A stretch of 64,000 nucleotides of DNA, from assembly GCF_009914755.1 (NCBI RefSeq), contig NC_060937.1. One strand, given 5' to 3'. Source of the DNA: the human T2T-CHM13v2.0 reference genome, Homo sapiens. The translations under genes and the position numbers were made by a program. Below the pieces are notes generated by a model. The model made no database searches, was not told the origin of the DNA, and saw only the letters and a program-made list of their open reading frames with translations. Shown piece after piece: positions 17,986 through 31,700 of the stretch (the first letter of the stretch is position 1; each line of letters opens with the position of its first letter).

Positions 17986-18785
17986 CTGGGGTTCCAAGTC
18001 AGTGTATTTGGAGAAGGAGAGCTAGTAGAAAAACAAGGATGAAAAGATCCAGGATGAAGTTTCTGATGGAAGAAAAGGACATTTTTACTATTATGAACTC
18101 CTTGAAGTAGACCTTAAGCATTCTCATCTAGACAAATATCCATTCATCCACTCCAGTGAGCTGATTAAGTTTTAGGATTTTAAGGGTCAGTGAACAATTA
18201 TTCCTCATTCAGCAATTAAAGAAGGATTAATATGAATATTATATTGGAGAAGTTTCTTTTAAAACATATTTGATTGATTTTTGGCAATTGTCTTCTATCA
18301 GATCATTACCAATCCATATGAGTTGGTAGGAAGGGAGAAAACCCAAAACTTAACCAGATGCCTGAAGTTAGGGAACATTTTATAACCAACCCAGCGGGAA
18401 AAATGCTCAAAAGGGGAAAGATGAGGACAGAAAATACATTTCAAAGATTTTAACTTTTTGACAAAATGTCAATTCTGTGCAAGAAAAACTGATTGTGTGA
18501 ATATAACTTTGTCATTTACATCTGCCAATGTGTTCAGAAATATTTAATTTATAAGTTTTTTTAATAGTAGTTTGTTAACACAAAATTTATTCAGCAAAGT
18601 ATCTAAAACATTCTAAAAATACTAAAAATTTTCAATTTAAAGATTAAGCTAAACAGCTCTGTATATATAAGTAAGCTCAAACAAACGTGCATGCTCCCCA
18701 ACAATAACACTGCTACAGATATTGACTGGTGGTTTTGGTTTCATTTCATTTTATAATGGCAAATCTGGTTAAGACCCAGATTCTG

Positions 18786-19083
<298 letters not shown>

Positions 19084-19118
19084 CCCAGATTCTGAATTGA
19101 ATCTCACAATAAGGATCT

Positions 19119-20923
19119 CAATTGCCTCAAAGAGAATAAAATACCTAGAAATCCAACTTACAAGGGATGTGAAGGACCTCTTCAAGGAGAACTACAAACC
19201 ACTGCTCAATGAAATAAAAGAAGATACAAATGTAAGAACCTTCCATGCTCATGGGTAGGAAGAATCAATATTGTAAAAATGGCCATACTGCCCAAGGTAA
19301 TTTATAGATTCAATGCCATCCCCATCAAGCTACCAATGACTGTCTTCACAGAATTGGAAAAAACTACTTTAAAGTTCATATGGAACCAAAAAAGAGCCTG
19401 CATTGCCAAGTCAATCCTAAGCCAAAAGAACAAAGCTGGAGGTACGACGCTACCTGACTTCAAACTATACTACAAGGCTACAGTGACTAAAAGAGCATGG
19501 TACTTGTACCAAAAGAGAGATAGAGGCCAATGGAATGGAACAGAGCCCTCAGAAATAATGCCGCATATCTACAACTATCTGATCTTTGAGAAACCTGACA
19601 AAAACAAGAACTAGGGAAAGGATTCCCTATTTAATAAATGGTGCTGGGAAAACTGGCAAGCCATATGTAGAAAGCTGAAACTGGATCCCTTCCTTACACC
19701 TTATACAAAAATTAATTCAAGATGGATTAAAGACTTACATGTTAGACCTAAAATCATAAAAACCATAGAAAAAAACTAGGCAATACCATTCAGGGCATAG
19801 GCACGGGCAAGGACTTCATGTCTAAAACACCAAAAGCAATGGCAACAAAAGCCAAAATTGACAAATGGGATCTAATTAAACTAAAGAGCTTCTGCACAGC
19901 AAAAGAAACCACCATCAGAGTGAACAGGCAACATACAGAATGGGAGAAAAGTTTCACAACCTACTCATCTGACAAACGGCTAATATCCAGAATCTACAAT
20001 GAACTCAAACAAATTTACAAGAAAAAAACAACCCCATCAAAAAGTGGGTGAAGGATATGAACAGACACTTCTAAAAAGAAGACATTTATGCAGCCAAAAA
20101 ACACATGAAAAAATGCTATCACTGCCCATCAGAGAAAAGCAAACCAAAACCACAATGAGATACCATCTCACACCAGTTAGAATGGCAATCATTAAAAAGT
20201 CAGGAAACAACAGGTGCTGGAGAGGATGTGGAGAAATAGGAAAACTTTTACACTGTTGATGGGACTGTGAACTATTTCAACCATTGTGGAAGTCGGTGTG
20301 GTGATTCTTCAGGGATCTATTACTAGAAATACCATTTGACCCAGCCATCCCATTACTGGGTATGTACCCAAAGGATTATAAGTCATGATGTTCTAAAGAC
20401 ACATGCACACATATGTTTATTGTGGCACTATTCACAATAGCAAAGACTTGGAACCAACCCAAATGTCCAACGATGATAGACTGGATTAAGAAAATGTGGC
20501 ACATATACACCATGCAATACTATGCAGCCATAAAAATGATGAGTTTATGTCCTTTGTAGGGACATGGATGAAGCTGGAAACCATCATTCTCAGTAAACTA
20601 TCGCAAGGATGAAAAGCCAAACACCGCATGTTCTCACTCATAGGTGGGAATTGAACAATGAGAACACATGGACACAGGAAGGGGAACATCACACACTGGG
20701 AACTGTTGTAGGGTGGGGGGTGGGGGGAGGTATAGCATTAGGAGATACAACTAATGTAAATGACGAGTTAATGGGTGCAGCACACCAACATGGCACATGT
20801 ATACATATGTAACGAACCTGCACGTTGTGCACATCACATGTACCCTAAAACTTAAAGTATAATAATAATAATTTAAAAAAGAAATGAAAACATATGTCCA
20901 CACACACAAAAAAAAAAGAAAAA
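19119..20923 (+). mobile_element. 5'-truncated L1PA (~1.76 kb) with probable short 3' transduction
   Basis: ORF2 C-terminal fragments (19279-19614, 19818-20051), 3'UTR to 20880, extra 27 bp and a second A-tract; TSD aataagg(a/t)tctcaa at 19108-19121 and 20924-20937. Confidence 0.95.
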
Positions 20924-22552
20924 AATAAGGTTCTCAAAGAGGTCAATATGTATATAATCTATTCTTAAAAAAATTTTTCTCCAATTGTTTATTGAAATAT
21001 CACACAGGCTCTGACTTTGTTTATACCCTTAAGAAGTACGTAGATTTATGTGTAGCTTTTGTAAAGTGAAAACTCAGAGTGTCTACTCTGTTCTGGTACC
21101 ACTTTAGTTTAATTGTTGGAAAATATTTAATAAAAATGAATTACTCAACAAATGGAAAATTTGAACTTTGCATACTAAATTTTTACTTCATATTATCAAC
21201 TCTTGAAAAATAAGTGTGTCTATTAGAAATGACACTCATTTGACTATACCATAATGTATTTCAGACTTTTTATCTTCAGCTACAGAATTTCTCCGTCCTT
21301 TGAATTATGTTAGCGGGCTTTATTTGGCCAGTATTGGTGATCCACCTCCACTAATTCGCAACTCTATTATCTTACCCCCAGGGATGCATTTCCATAGTTC
21401 TGCCTTGTTATGAGTGTCATTTTTTTCTTCTGTTTTGTTGACTGCCATTCAAGTAGTTTTGGCTTTATCAGAGATTTTCACTTTATTGTTTATCACCTCC
21501 TCATTTTTTTTAGCTTCTCATAATTTACTGTATTATATCTACCTGGGCTTTTGGTTCCTTTACAGATTTGTTTCATTTTATTTTTAGCTTATGATACTTC
21601 TAAAGTCTGTACCCTTTTAATTTTCACTTGCTTCATCGTCACATTCTTGTGTTTTGTTTTTATTTCAAAATACCAGAAAGTAGGATGTCTCAGCATCTTG
21701 GTGAGTGGAATAGTTTATTTATAATCCAAAAAACCCCCATACTTTTTGTGAGCTATCTGCTTCTGAGTAAAAATTTTATATAAAAATTCTTGAAAAAAAA
21801 TCTTAAACTTCTGAAGGATTGAATGAGATTTTAAAAATCATTCTATACAACAGGTGCAAAATTTTTATTCCTCTACTCAAGAGAAATAATGAACATTTGT
21901 TATTCATTTACTAACATCTAAATGTTAATGTATTCAATTATACATTATTAAAACACGATTAAGCTTAAGAGGTGGAAAAGTATAAAACAAACAAGTGTAT
22001 AATTTAACTTTATTAATATGAAACATCTTTTTCTCTCCTGAAAATAAAGATTAACCAGTGGTGTGCTGAGGCGGGAGGGGGTGTGTTGGAGGGAGAAAAG
22101 CCATGATTTGCCAATTTCAGCACAAAAATGAAAATGGTTATTAATCTTTACTAGCTCCAGAAATCTTTTAACATATATTGAAATCTATGGCCCTTAAAAA
22201 GAAAACATATATATAGATTTTTACAAAACTTTGCAGTTTCACTCATGGATCCCTGTGTAAGAATCGCTTTTCTATGTGTGTTTGCAATTTAAAGAGTTCA
22301 GACTTTATGATTCACAGGTGACAACACATGATTTAATCTGAACACTTAGGCTTTTATAATTTGGGAGTCAGGTGTTTAACTGCTGTAGTAGTAACTGCTT
22401 CTTCTCAGAGAAACTTAGTAGCTAAGACCAGGAAAATGTCCCTTGGTGTGCAACACACCTCTTCTTTCTGAACGTACCGTATAAGACGCTAATTTTGTCT
22501 CAAAGTTTATATGACTTTTGCATTTGCATTACTAGCTATTTTCTTTTGGAAC

Positions 22553-23260
22553 TGTAGGACTTGGAGACCTTTCCCTCTACCCTCTGAAGGTATGATAACT
22601 GAGTCTATTGAATAAATGGATAACAGGCATGTCAAAAGAAGAAAATGTGTACACATTTATTACACGCATGGGGGAATCACAGGAAAGAAAAGTGGAATCA
22701 AAAACAAAACAAAACAAAACAAACAAAACACCACCAAGAAAAAACCCCAGTGAGATTTAGGAGCTTGTAGGGAAGGCAGGAGGAAGAATGTAGGAAACTT
22801 AAGGGAGAGCAAATGACTTTTGGGAAAGATGACCAGACCCCTAGGAGCATAGATGATAGTTTGTGGCAGTGTGCCTTGGTGTGGAATGGACTCTTAGTCT
22901 TGTCTCCTGTGATATGAGGAGTCAATTTTCCCTGGCTGATGAAACTCCTAGGAAGGAGATGAATGTCTTTGTGCTGACAAGACAGTATCTTGAAGCTTTG
23001 TTTTCCAATTCAGTTCTAAATCTGCAGTGTATAAAAATCTCCTCATCAAGCTTTGGATGTTATGGTAGATAAATGGTATCTTTACAAAGATACATTCATT
23101 CTGGTATTGAAAATTCCTTTTGGAGGATCTCTCTTGAGGAACGTAAAGGGAGTGCAGAGAAAGCATGTCCCACAGTTGTTATTTTTCAAATATTTTCAGT
23201 TCAATGTAATCAGTACACCAAAGCAATCCATTTAGGACTGGCATTTCCTGAACACCTTCA
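22553..23260 (-). mobile_element. Solo LTR, MER34-like (ERV1/MER4 group)
   Basis: tgta...ttca termini; minus strand starts tgaaggtgttcaggaaatgcc; 4-bp TSD gaac at 22549-22552 and 23261-23264; 'ttccttttggaggatctctctt' motif. Confidence 0.8.
22698..22730. repeat. (CAAAA)n microsatellite inside the LTR
   Basis: caaaaacaaaacaaaacaaaacaaacaaaaca. Confidence 0.8.
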
Positions 23261-23857
23261 GAACTCTTTTTATCCCATGTTATTTCTATGAGATCACGTG
23301 ATTTAAGAACAACTTTTACTTGCCACTTACATATATATTGAAAAGGCAAACTTTCCTTTCATAGTTTGCTAATTTTGGCTAAGTACTTTAACAAAAGTTA
23401 AATTAAGTGAGTAAGTGAAATTTTCTGTTCTATTGTTTTGAAAACAATTCTAGAAACTGTCCTTGTAAGAACAGCAAAAAGAGAAAAAGATAATTCTCAA
23501 CTGCAGTTTCAACTACTCTTTGCGTAACAATGTATCTAATTAAAAGGCAAAACTCTCTATTTCAGGTTTATATGTATCAATTGCTTGATTAGAAAGTAAA
23601 TTATTTACCCCATATAATCTGGTGTCAAAAAACTTATAACAAAATTACTTTGATTTTATTGCTTATAAGTTTGTGAATTTAAATATCAACTGACAGTGAT
23701 GAATTTATTTGCTTTGTGCTGACAAGACAGTATGTTGAAGTTTTGTTTTCCAACTCAGTTTTAAATCTGCAGTGTATCAAAATCTCCTCATTATGCTTTG
23801 GATGTTATGGTACATAAATGGTATCTTCACAAAGATATATTCATTCTGGTACTGAAA
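22967..23857 (+). repeat. ~145-bp dispersed direct repeat (22967-23112 and 23712-23857)
   Basis: ctttgtgctgacaagacagtat...aaatctgcagtgtat...ctttggatgttatggta..taaatggtatctt.acaaagata.attcattctggta.tgaaa in both places, about a dozen mismatches. Confidence 0.92.
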
Positions 23858-25199
23858 GTGCATACTTAAAATTCTTCATGAACAGTTTTATTGAAAAAAT
23901 ATGTAGACAAGCCATTAATTATACACAGTGATCTGGAACAAATTCTTACAAGAAGCCTAGCATGTCTTCCATTAACTGTATACAATTTATAAAAAGTTAC
24001 TGAAAGTCTTCCTGAGGTTAAACAATAAATTTTTTAAATTTAATCACTGTGCTCCCTCAAAGGTAATTTTTTCTTTATGACACTCAGGGGATACAGTCAG
24101 ATCTCAGCCTACTTTAAACAACTAGGCAGTATTTTTAGTGCACTTTTCTGTTTGTTAAAAAGCTAGTTGTCAAGAATAAGTTGCTCAATTATCTTCCTCA
24201 ATTACTTTTTATTTTGTTTTGTAATTATTATTCTATTTTGGTTTTCCTTTAGAATTGTGGACTATCTTGAATCAGAAATTGCAGAGAATATATAAATAAG
24301 TAAGAATGCACTCTTCAATCAAACTAGATCTCGAAAGTGTTTTGTTGTAGTTTATACCTTGAATTCGAAGGCCATTCTATACAGGGCACTTGAAAAATTT
24401 TCAAGCTCTTATATTTCATAATAGTACAGAATTTATTGTTCTTTTATTTGCAAGGAGATAGACCAGATAAAATATCACTTTATTTTTTACAGTGTTGACT
24501 TTGATATTCTAAACTTGTCAGTTTATACAGATTAATGAAGACTCCATACATGTAAAATTCACTATAATTTTTTTTCTAGTATGACAGTCCAAACAAATAG
24601 TAACTACATACCCAAACAGGTAAAGTAAAAATATACAATAGCTTGACAAAAAAAAAGAAGAAAAAAGAAACCCCTATACATTCCTTAACATTCTAAAACT
24701 CTGAGGACCAAATTGGATTCAAAAGAAACATTTCTGGTGGGCAGGGAAAGGGCTAAAAAGCTAAAGTATATAATAAGTAAATTCCTCATTGCTGTAACAT
24801 ATATGACCAGCATGACATTTCAATACATGTTCAAGTTTTCTGAAAAAAGTTCTAGGATAATAGGATTTCAACTTTTGATTCTACAGATATCATTCTTGTG
24901 ATTGGTATGGTAGAATCATCCTCTTCATGTATTAGAGGATTCAAATGAAAAAAAATCAGGCAGCTAGTTCCTTTCCAAGAAGCCTTAGAGATTGTTGTAC
25001 ATAAAAATATGAACCATATTTCTGATTCAAATTTTAATTAGAGAATTCTCTTTATTCCCTCTTCTGCATAAAATTATGCACTTGCTCTCTGCTCTCCAGA
25101 CAAGTAAAACTTCTTACCTGCTATAATTTGAGATAATCAAGACTCAGAACATATTATCTCCTAGCTGAAAGTCCCAATAAACTTCTCAGGACAAAAACA

Positions 25200-25450
25200 G
25201 CAAAAAGGTAAATATGCAGAGATAGAGTATAAAACAGTGGTTACCAGGGGCTGGGGGTGAGAAGAGAAAATGGAGAGAGAGAATTCGAAGGATGCAAAGT
25301 TGCAGATATGTAGAGTTAACAAATTGAGGGATCTAATGTACAACATGAGGACTGTAGGTATTAATATTTATTGTATATGGCATTTAACTAAAAGGGTAGT
25401 TTGTAGGAACTCTTTCCTCACACACATATCCAAAAGAAAGGTAACTGAGA
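25200..25450 (+). mobile_element. L1MA-type 3'UTR fragment, cut off at 25450
   Basis: 'cagtggttaccaggggctgggg...gcagatatgtag...atctaatgtacaacatgaggactgtag...gtaactgaga'. Confidence 0.75.
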
Positions 25451-25794
25451 TTTTCAAAGGGAATGCTTTCAGGTTTTGCCCATTCAGTATGCTATTGGCT
25501 GTGGGTTTGTCATAAATAGCTCTTAATATTTTGAGATACGTCCCATCAATATCTAATTTACTGAGAGTTTTTAGCATGAAGGTTGTTGAATTTTGTCAAA
25601 GGGCTTTTCTGCATCTATTGAGATAATCGTGGTTTTTGACGTTGGTTCTGTTTATATGATGGATTACGTTTACTGATTTGCGTATGTTGTACCAGCCTTG
25701 CATCCCAGGGATGAAACCCATTTGATCATGGTGGATAAGCTTTTTGATTTGCTGCTGGATTCGGTTTGCTAGTATTTTATTGAGGATTTTTGCA
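25451..25794 (-). mobile_element. Internal L1PA ORF2 (RT) fragment abutting the satellite
   Basis: Aligns by eye with ~4940-5287 of the full-length L1; ORF track [33 protein letters not shown] and [27 protein letters not shown]. Confidence 0.95.
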
Positions 25795-28700
25795 CTCCAC
25801 TCCACTCCACTTCATTCCATTCTATTCCATTCCATTCCATTCCATCTCATTTCATTCCATTCCCTTCCACTCTACTCCACTCCATTCCACTCTACTCTAG
25901 TCCACTACACTCCATTCCATTTCATTCCAATCCATTCTATTACATTCTTTTATTTCTTCAGGAACTCACTCCATCACCCAGGCTGTAGTGAAGTGGCACA
26001 ATCTCAGCCCACATTTCATTTCACCGTGCCATTCCATTCCATTCCATTCCATTCCATTCCATTCCATTCCACTCCACTCCACTCCACACCACTCCACTCC
26101 ACTCCACTCCACTCTACTCCACTCCACTGCATTCCTTTCCATTACATCCCATTCCATTCCTCTTTATTCCACTCTACTCCACTCCACTCCACTCCACTCT
26201 ACCCCACTCCATTCCATTCCACTCTAATCCGTTCCATTCCTTTCTTTCGATAGAATCTCACCTGTCACCCAGGATGGAGTGCAGTGGCACAACCTCAGCT
26301 CACATTTCATTTCACCATTCTATTCCCTTCTATTCCATTCCATTCCATTCCACTACACTCCTCTCCACTCCATTCCATTCGATTCCAATCCACTCAACTC
26401 CACTCCACTCCATTCCATCCCATCCCATTCCATTCCACTCCATTCCACTCCACTCCACTCCTCTCCATTCCATTCCACTCCATCCCATCCCATTCCATTA
26501 CATTACATTCCACTCCACTCCACTCCACTCCACTGAATTCTACTCCATTCCATTCCACATCATTCCATTCTATTCCTAATTCTATTCCATGGCATTCCAT
26601 TCCATTCCATCCTTTCCAATTACAGTACATTCCACTCCATTCCTCTCCTCTCCATTCCATTCCATTCCAATTCCATTCCATTCCATTCCATTCCATTCCA
26701 TTCCATTCCATTCCAATTCCATTCCATTCCATTCCATTCCATTCCATTCCATTCCACTCCACTCCATACCATTCCATCCCATTGAATTCCAATCCACTCC
26801 ACTCCACACCACTCCTCTCCATTCCATTCCGTTCCACTCCACCCCATTCCATTCCACTCTGTTCCACTAGACTCCACTCAAATCCAGTCCCCTCCACTCC
26901 ACTCCACCTCACCCCACTCCATCCCATTCCATTCCCCTCCATTCAATTCCATTCCTTTCTTTTGACAGGATCTCAATCTGTCACCCAGGCTGGAGTGGAG
27001 TGGCACTATCTCAGCTCACATTCAATTTCACCATTCCATTCCATTGCATTCCATTCCATTCCATTCCATTCCATTCCATTGCATTCCATTCCATTCCATT
27101 CCATTCCATACTATTCCATTCAATTCCATTCTAACCCACTCCAGTCCACTCCACTACACTCCATGCCATTCCCTTCCATCCCATTCCATTCCACTCCATT
27201 CCACCCTAATCCACTGAAATTCACTCCATCCCACTCCACTACATGCCATTCGATTCCATCCTATTCCATTCCACTCCGTTCCACTTGACTCCACTCCACT
27301 CCACTCCAATCCACTCCACTCCATTCCATTCCACCATATTCCATTCCATTCCTTTCCTTTGACGGGCTCTCACTGTGTAAAAAAAAGGCTGGAACACAGT
27401 GGCACAATCTCAGCTCACATTTTATTTCACCATTCCATTCCACTCCACTCCATTTCCCTCAACTCCACTCCACTCCCCTCCATTCCATTCCATTCCATTC
27501 CATTCCACTCCACTTCATTCCACTGCAATCCAGTCAAATCCACTCCATTCCAATTCACTCCACTCCACTCCACTCCATTCCAGTCCATCCCATTGCATTT
27601 TACCTCATTTCTCTCCACTCCACTCCACTCCATTCCATTCCACTCCTTCCCATTCCCTTCCACTCCATTAAGCTCCATTCCTCTCCACTCCACTCCAATC
27701 CATTCCATTCCAGTATAATTCACTCTCTTACATTCCATTAATTTCTTTCAACAGGATCTCACTCTGTCACACAGGCTGGAGTGCAGTGGCACTATCTCAG
27801 CTCACATTTAATTTCACAATTCCATTCTATTGCATTCCATTGCATTCCACTCCATTGTATTCCATTCCATTCCATTCAATTCCATTCCATCCCATTCCAT
27901 TGCACTCCTGTGAACTCCACTCCACTCCATTCCATTCCATCCCATTCCATTCCACTCCATTCCATTCCAACCCACTCCACTGCACTCGACTCCACTCCAT
28001 TCCATTCCATTGCACTACTGTGAACTCCACTCACCTCCACTCCACTGCTCTCCAATCAATCCATTCCATTCCATTCCATTCCATTCCATTCCACACCTTT
28101 CCATTCCATTCCTTTCCTTTGACAGGATCTCACTCTGTCACCCAGGCTGGAGTGCAGTGGCACAATCTCAGCTCATATTTCATTTCATCATTCCATTCTA
28201 TACCATTCCATTCCTATCCATTCCATTCTATTCCATTACACTCCAATCCACTCTACTCCACTCCACTCCATTCCATTGCATTCCATTCCATTCCACTCTA
28301 CTCCACTACTCTCCACCCCACTCCACTCCACTCCATCCCATTCCTTCCAATTCCATTCCATTCCACTCCTCGTCCCTCCACTCAACTCCATTCCCCTCCA
28401 CTTCATACCATTCGATTCCATCCCATTCCATTCCATTCCATTCCACTCCACTCCACTCCACTCTGCTCCACTCCACTGCACTCCATTCCATTCCACTCTA
28501 TTCAATTCCATTCGACAGGATCTCATTCTGTCACACAGTCTGGAGTGCAGTGGGAGAATCTTAGCTCACATTTCATTTCATTATTCCATTCCATTCCCCT
28601 ACACCCTTCTCCACTGCACTCCACTCCACTCCATTCCACTACATTACATTACACTCCATTTCACTCCATTCCACTCCATTCCAATACACTCCACAACATT

Positions 28701-31700
28701 CCATTCCATTCCATTCCATTCCAATTCCATTCCATTCCAATTCCATTCCATTCCATTCCATTCCATTCCATTCCATTCCATTCCACTCCACTCCATACCA
28801 TTCCATCCCATTGAATTCCAATCCACTCCACTCCACACCACTCCTCTCCATTCCATTCCGTTCCACTCCACCCCATTCCATTCCACTCTGTTCCACTAGA
28901 CTCCACTCAAATCCAGTCCCCTCCACTCCACTCCACTCCACCCCACTCCACTCCACCCCACTCCATCCCATTCCATTCCCCTCCATTCAATTCCATTCCT
29001 TTCTTTTGACAGGATCTCAATCTGTCACCCAGGCTGGAGTGGAGTGGCACTATCTCAGCTCACATTCAATTTCACCATTCCATTCCATTGCATTCCATTC
29101 CATTCCATTCCATACCATTCCATTCAATTCCATTCTAACCCACTCCAGTCCACTCCACTACACTCCATGCCATTCCCTTCCATCCCATTCCATTCCACTC
29201 CATTCCACTCCATTCCACCCTACTCTACTCAAATTCACTCCACCCCACTCCACTACATGCCATTCCATTCCCTTCCATTCCATTTCACTCCATTTCACTG
29301 GACTCCACTCCACTCCAATGCACTCCACTACAATCCACTCCACTCCGTTCCATTCTACTCCATTCCATTCCACCCCATTCCATTCCAGTCCTTTCTTTTG
29401 ATGGGATCTCACTATGTCAAAAAAGGCTGGAACACAGTGGCACAATCTCAGCTCACATTTTATTTCACCATTCCATTCCACTCCACTCCATTCCCCTCCA
29501 CCTCCCTCCACTCCCCTCCATTCCATTCCATTCCACTCCACTCCATTCCACTTCAATCCAGTCAACTCCACTCTACTCCAATTCAATCTACTCCATTCCA
29601 CTCCATTCCATTCCACTCCATCCCATTCCATTCCACTCCATTACGCTCCATTCCACTACACTACACTCCGCTCCATTCCATTCCATTCCATTCCATCATA
29701 CTTCACACCCTTACATTCCATTAATTTCTTTCGACAGGATCTCACTCTGTCACACAGGCTGGAGTGCAGTGGCACTATCTCAGCTAACATTTAATTTCAC
29801 AATTCCCTTCCATTGCATTCCATTTTATTCCATTCCATTGCATTCCATTCCATTGCATTCCATTCCATTCCATCCCATTCCATTCCGCTCTTGTGAACTA
29901 AACTCCACTGCATTCCATTCCATTCCATTCCATTCCACTCCACTACACTCCAGTGTATTCCTCTCCATTCCATTCCATCCCATTCCATTCCACTCCCTTC
30001 CACTATACTCCACTCCACTCCACTCCACTCCACTCTATTCCATTCCATTGCATTCCAGTCCTTTCCATTCCATTCCTTTCTTTCAACAGGATTTCACTCT
30101 GTCACCCTGCTGGAGTGCAGTGGCACAATCTCAGCTCATATTTCATTTCATCATTCCATTCTATTCCATTCCATTCTTTTCCATTCCATTCAATTCCATT
30201 CCACTACATTGCATTCCACTCCACTCCACTTCACTCAACTCCACTTCACTCAACTCCACTCCATTCCATTCCATTCAATTCCACTCCAGTGTACTCCATT
30301 CCTCTCCACCCAACTCCACTGAACTCCATTCAGTTCCATCCAATTCCAGACCACTCCACTCCTCTCCACAACACTCCACTCCACTCCCCTCCACTTCATT
30401 CCATTCGATTCCATCCCATCCCATTCCATTCAACTCCACTCCTCTCCACTCTGCTCCACTCCGTTCCGTTACATTCCTTTCCACTCCGTTCCATTCCACT
30501 CCACTCCACTACATTCCATTCCACTCCATTCCGCTCAATTCCTCACATTCGACAGGATGTCACTCTGTCACCCAGTCTGGAGTGCAGTGGCAGAATCCCA
30601 CCTTACATTTCATTTCACTATTCCATTCCATTCCATTCCATTCCACTCCACTTCACTGCACTCCAATCCACTCCATTCCATTCCATTATGTTCCACTCCA
30701 TTCCACTCCAGTCCACTCTATTCCACTCCACTCCACTCCATTCCATTCCATCCCATTCCGTCGCATTCCATTCCACTGCATTTCACTCCATGCCACTCCA
30801 CTTAATACACTCCATTCCATTCCACTCCATCCCATTCCATTCCACTCCATTCCACTCCACACCACTCCACTCCACTCAGCTCCACTCCAATTCATTCCAT
30901 TCCTTTCTTTTGACAGCATGTAACCCTGTCAACCAGACTGGGGGGCATTGGCACAAAATCAGCTCACATTTCATTTCACCACTCCATTCCAATCTATTCC
31001 ATAGCATTCCATTCCATTGCTTTCCACTGCATTCCATTCCATTCCATTCCATTCCACTCCACTCCATTCCACTCTACTCCACTCCAATCCAGTCCACTCC
31101 ATCCAGTCCACTCCACTCCACCTCATTCCATGGCATTCAATTCCATCCCATTCCATTCCACTCCATGCTAATCTACTCCACTCCAATCCACTCCTCTCTA
31201 CTCCACTCCATGCCATTCCTTTCCATCCCATTCCATTCCACTCCATTGCACTCGACTCCACTCCACTCCACTCCACTTCACTCCATTCCATTCCATACAA
31301 TTCCACTCCATTCCATCACATTCCTTTCTTTCCATAGGATCTCACTCTTTCACAAAGGCTGGAGTGCAGTGGCACAATCTCAGCTCAAATTTCTTTTCAC
31401 TATTCCATTTCATTCCATTCCATCCAATTCCTTTCCACTCTATTTCACTCTATTCCACTCCATTCCATTCCATTTCACTCCATCCCATTCCATTCGACTC
31501 CATTCACTCCAGTCCACTCCACTCCCCTCCACTCCACTCCATTCCATTCCATTCCATTTCACTCCATTGCATTCCATTCCTTTCTTTCGACAGGATATCA
31601 CTGTGTCACCCAGGCTGGAGTGCAGTGGCACAATCTCAGTTCACATTACATGTCAACTTTCCATTGCATTGCATTCAATTCCATTCCATTCAATTCAATT

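Noticed and set aside
25110-25175. Possible small minus-strand exon (tttcag|...cag|gtaag)
   Set aside because: About 47 nt with stops in all three frames and no supporting neighbouring exons.
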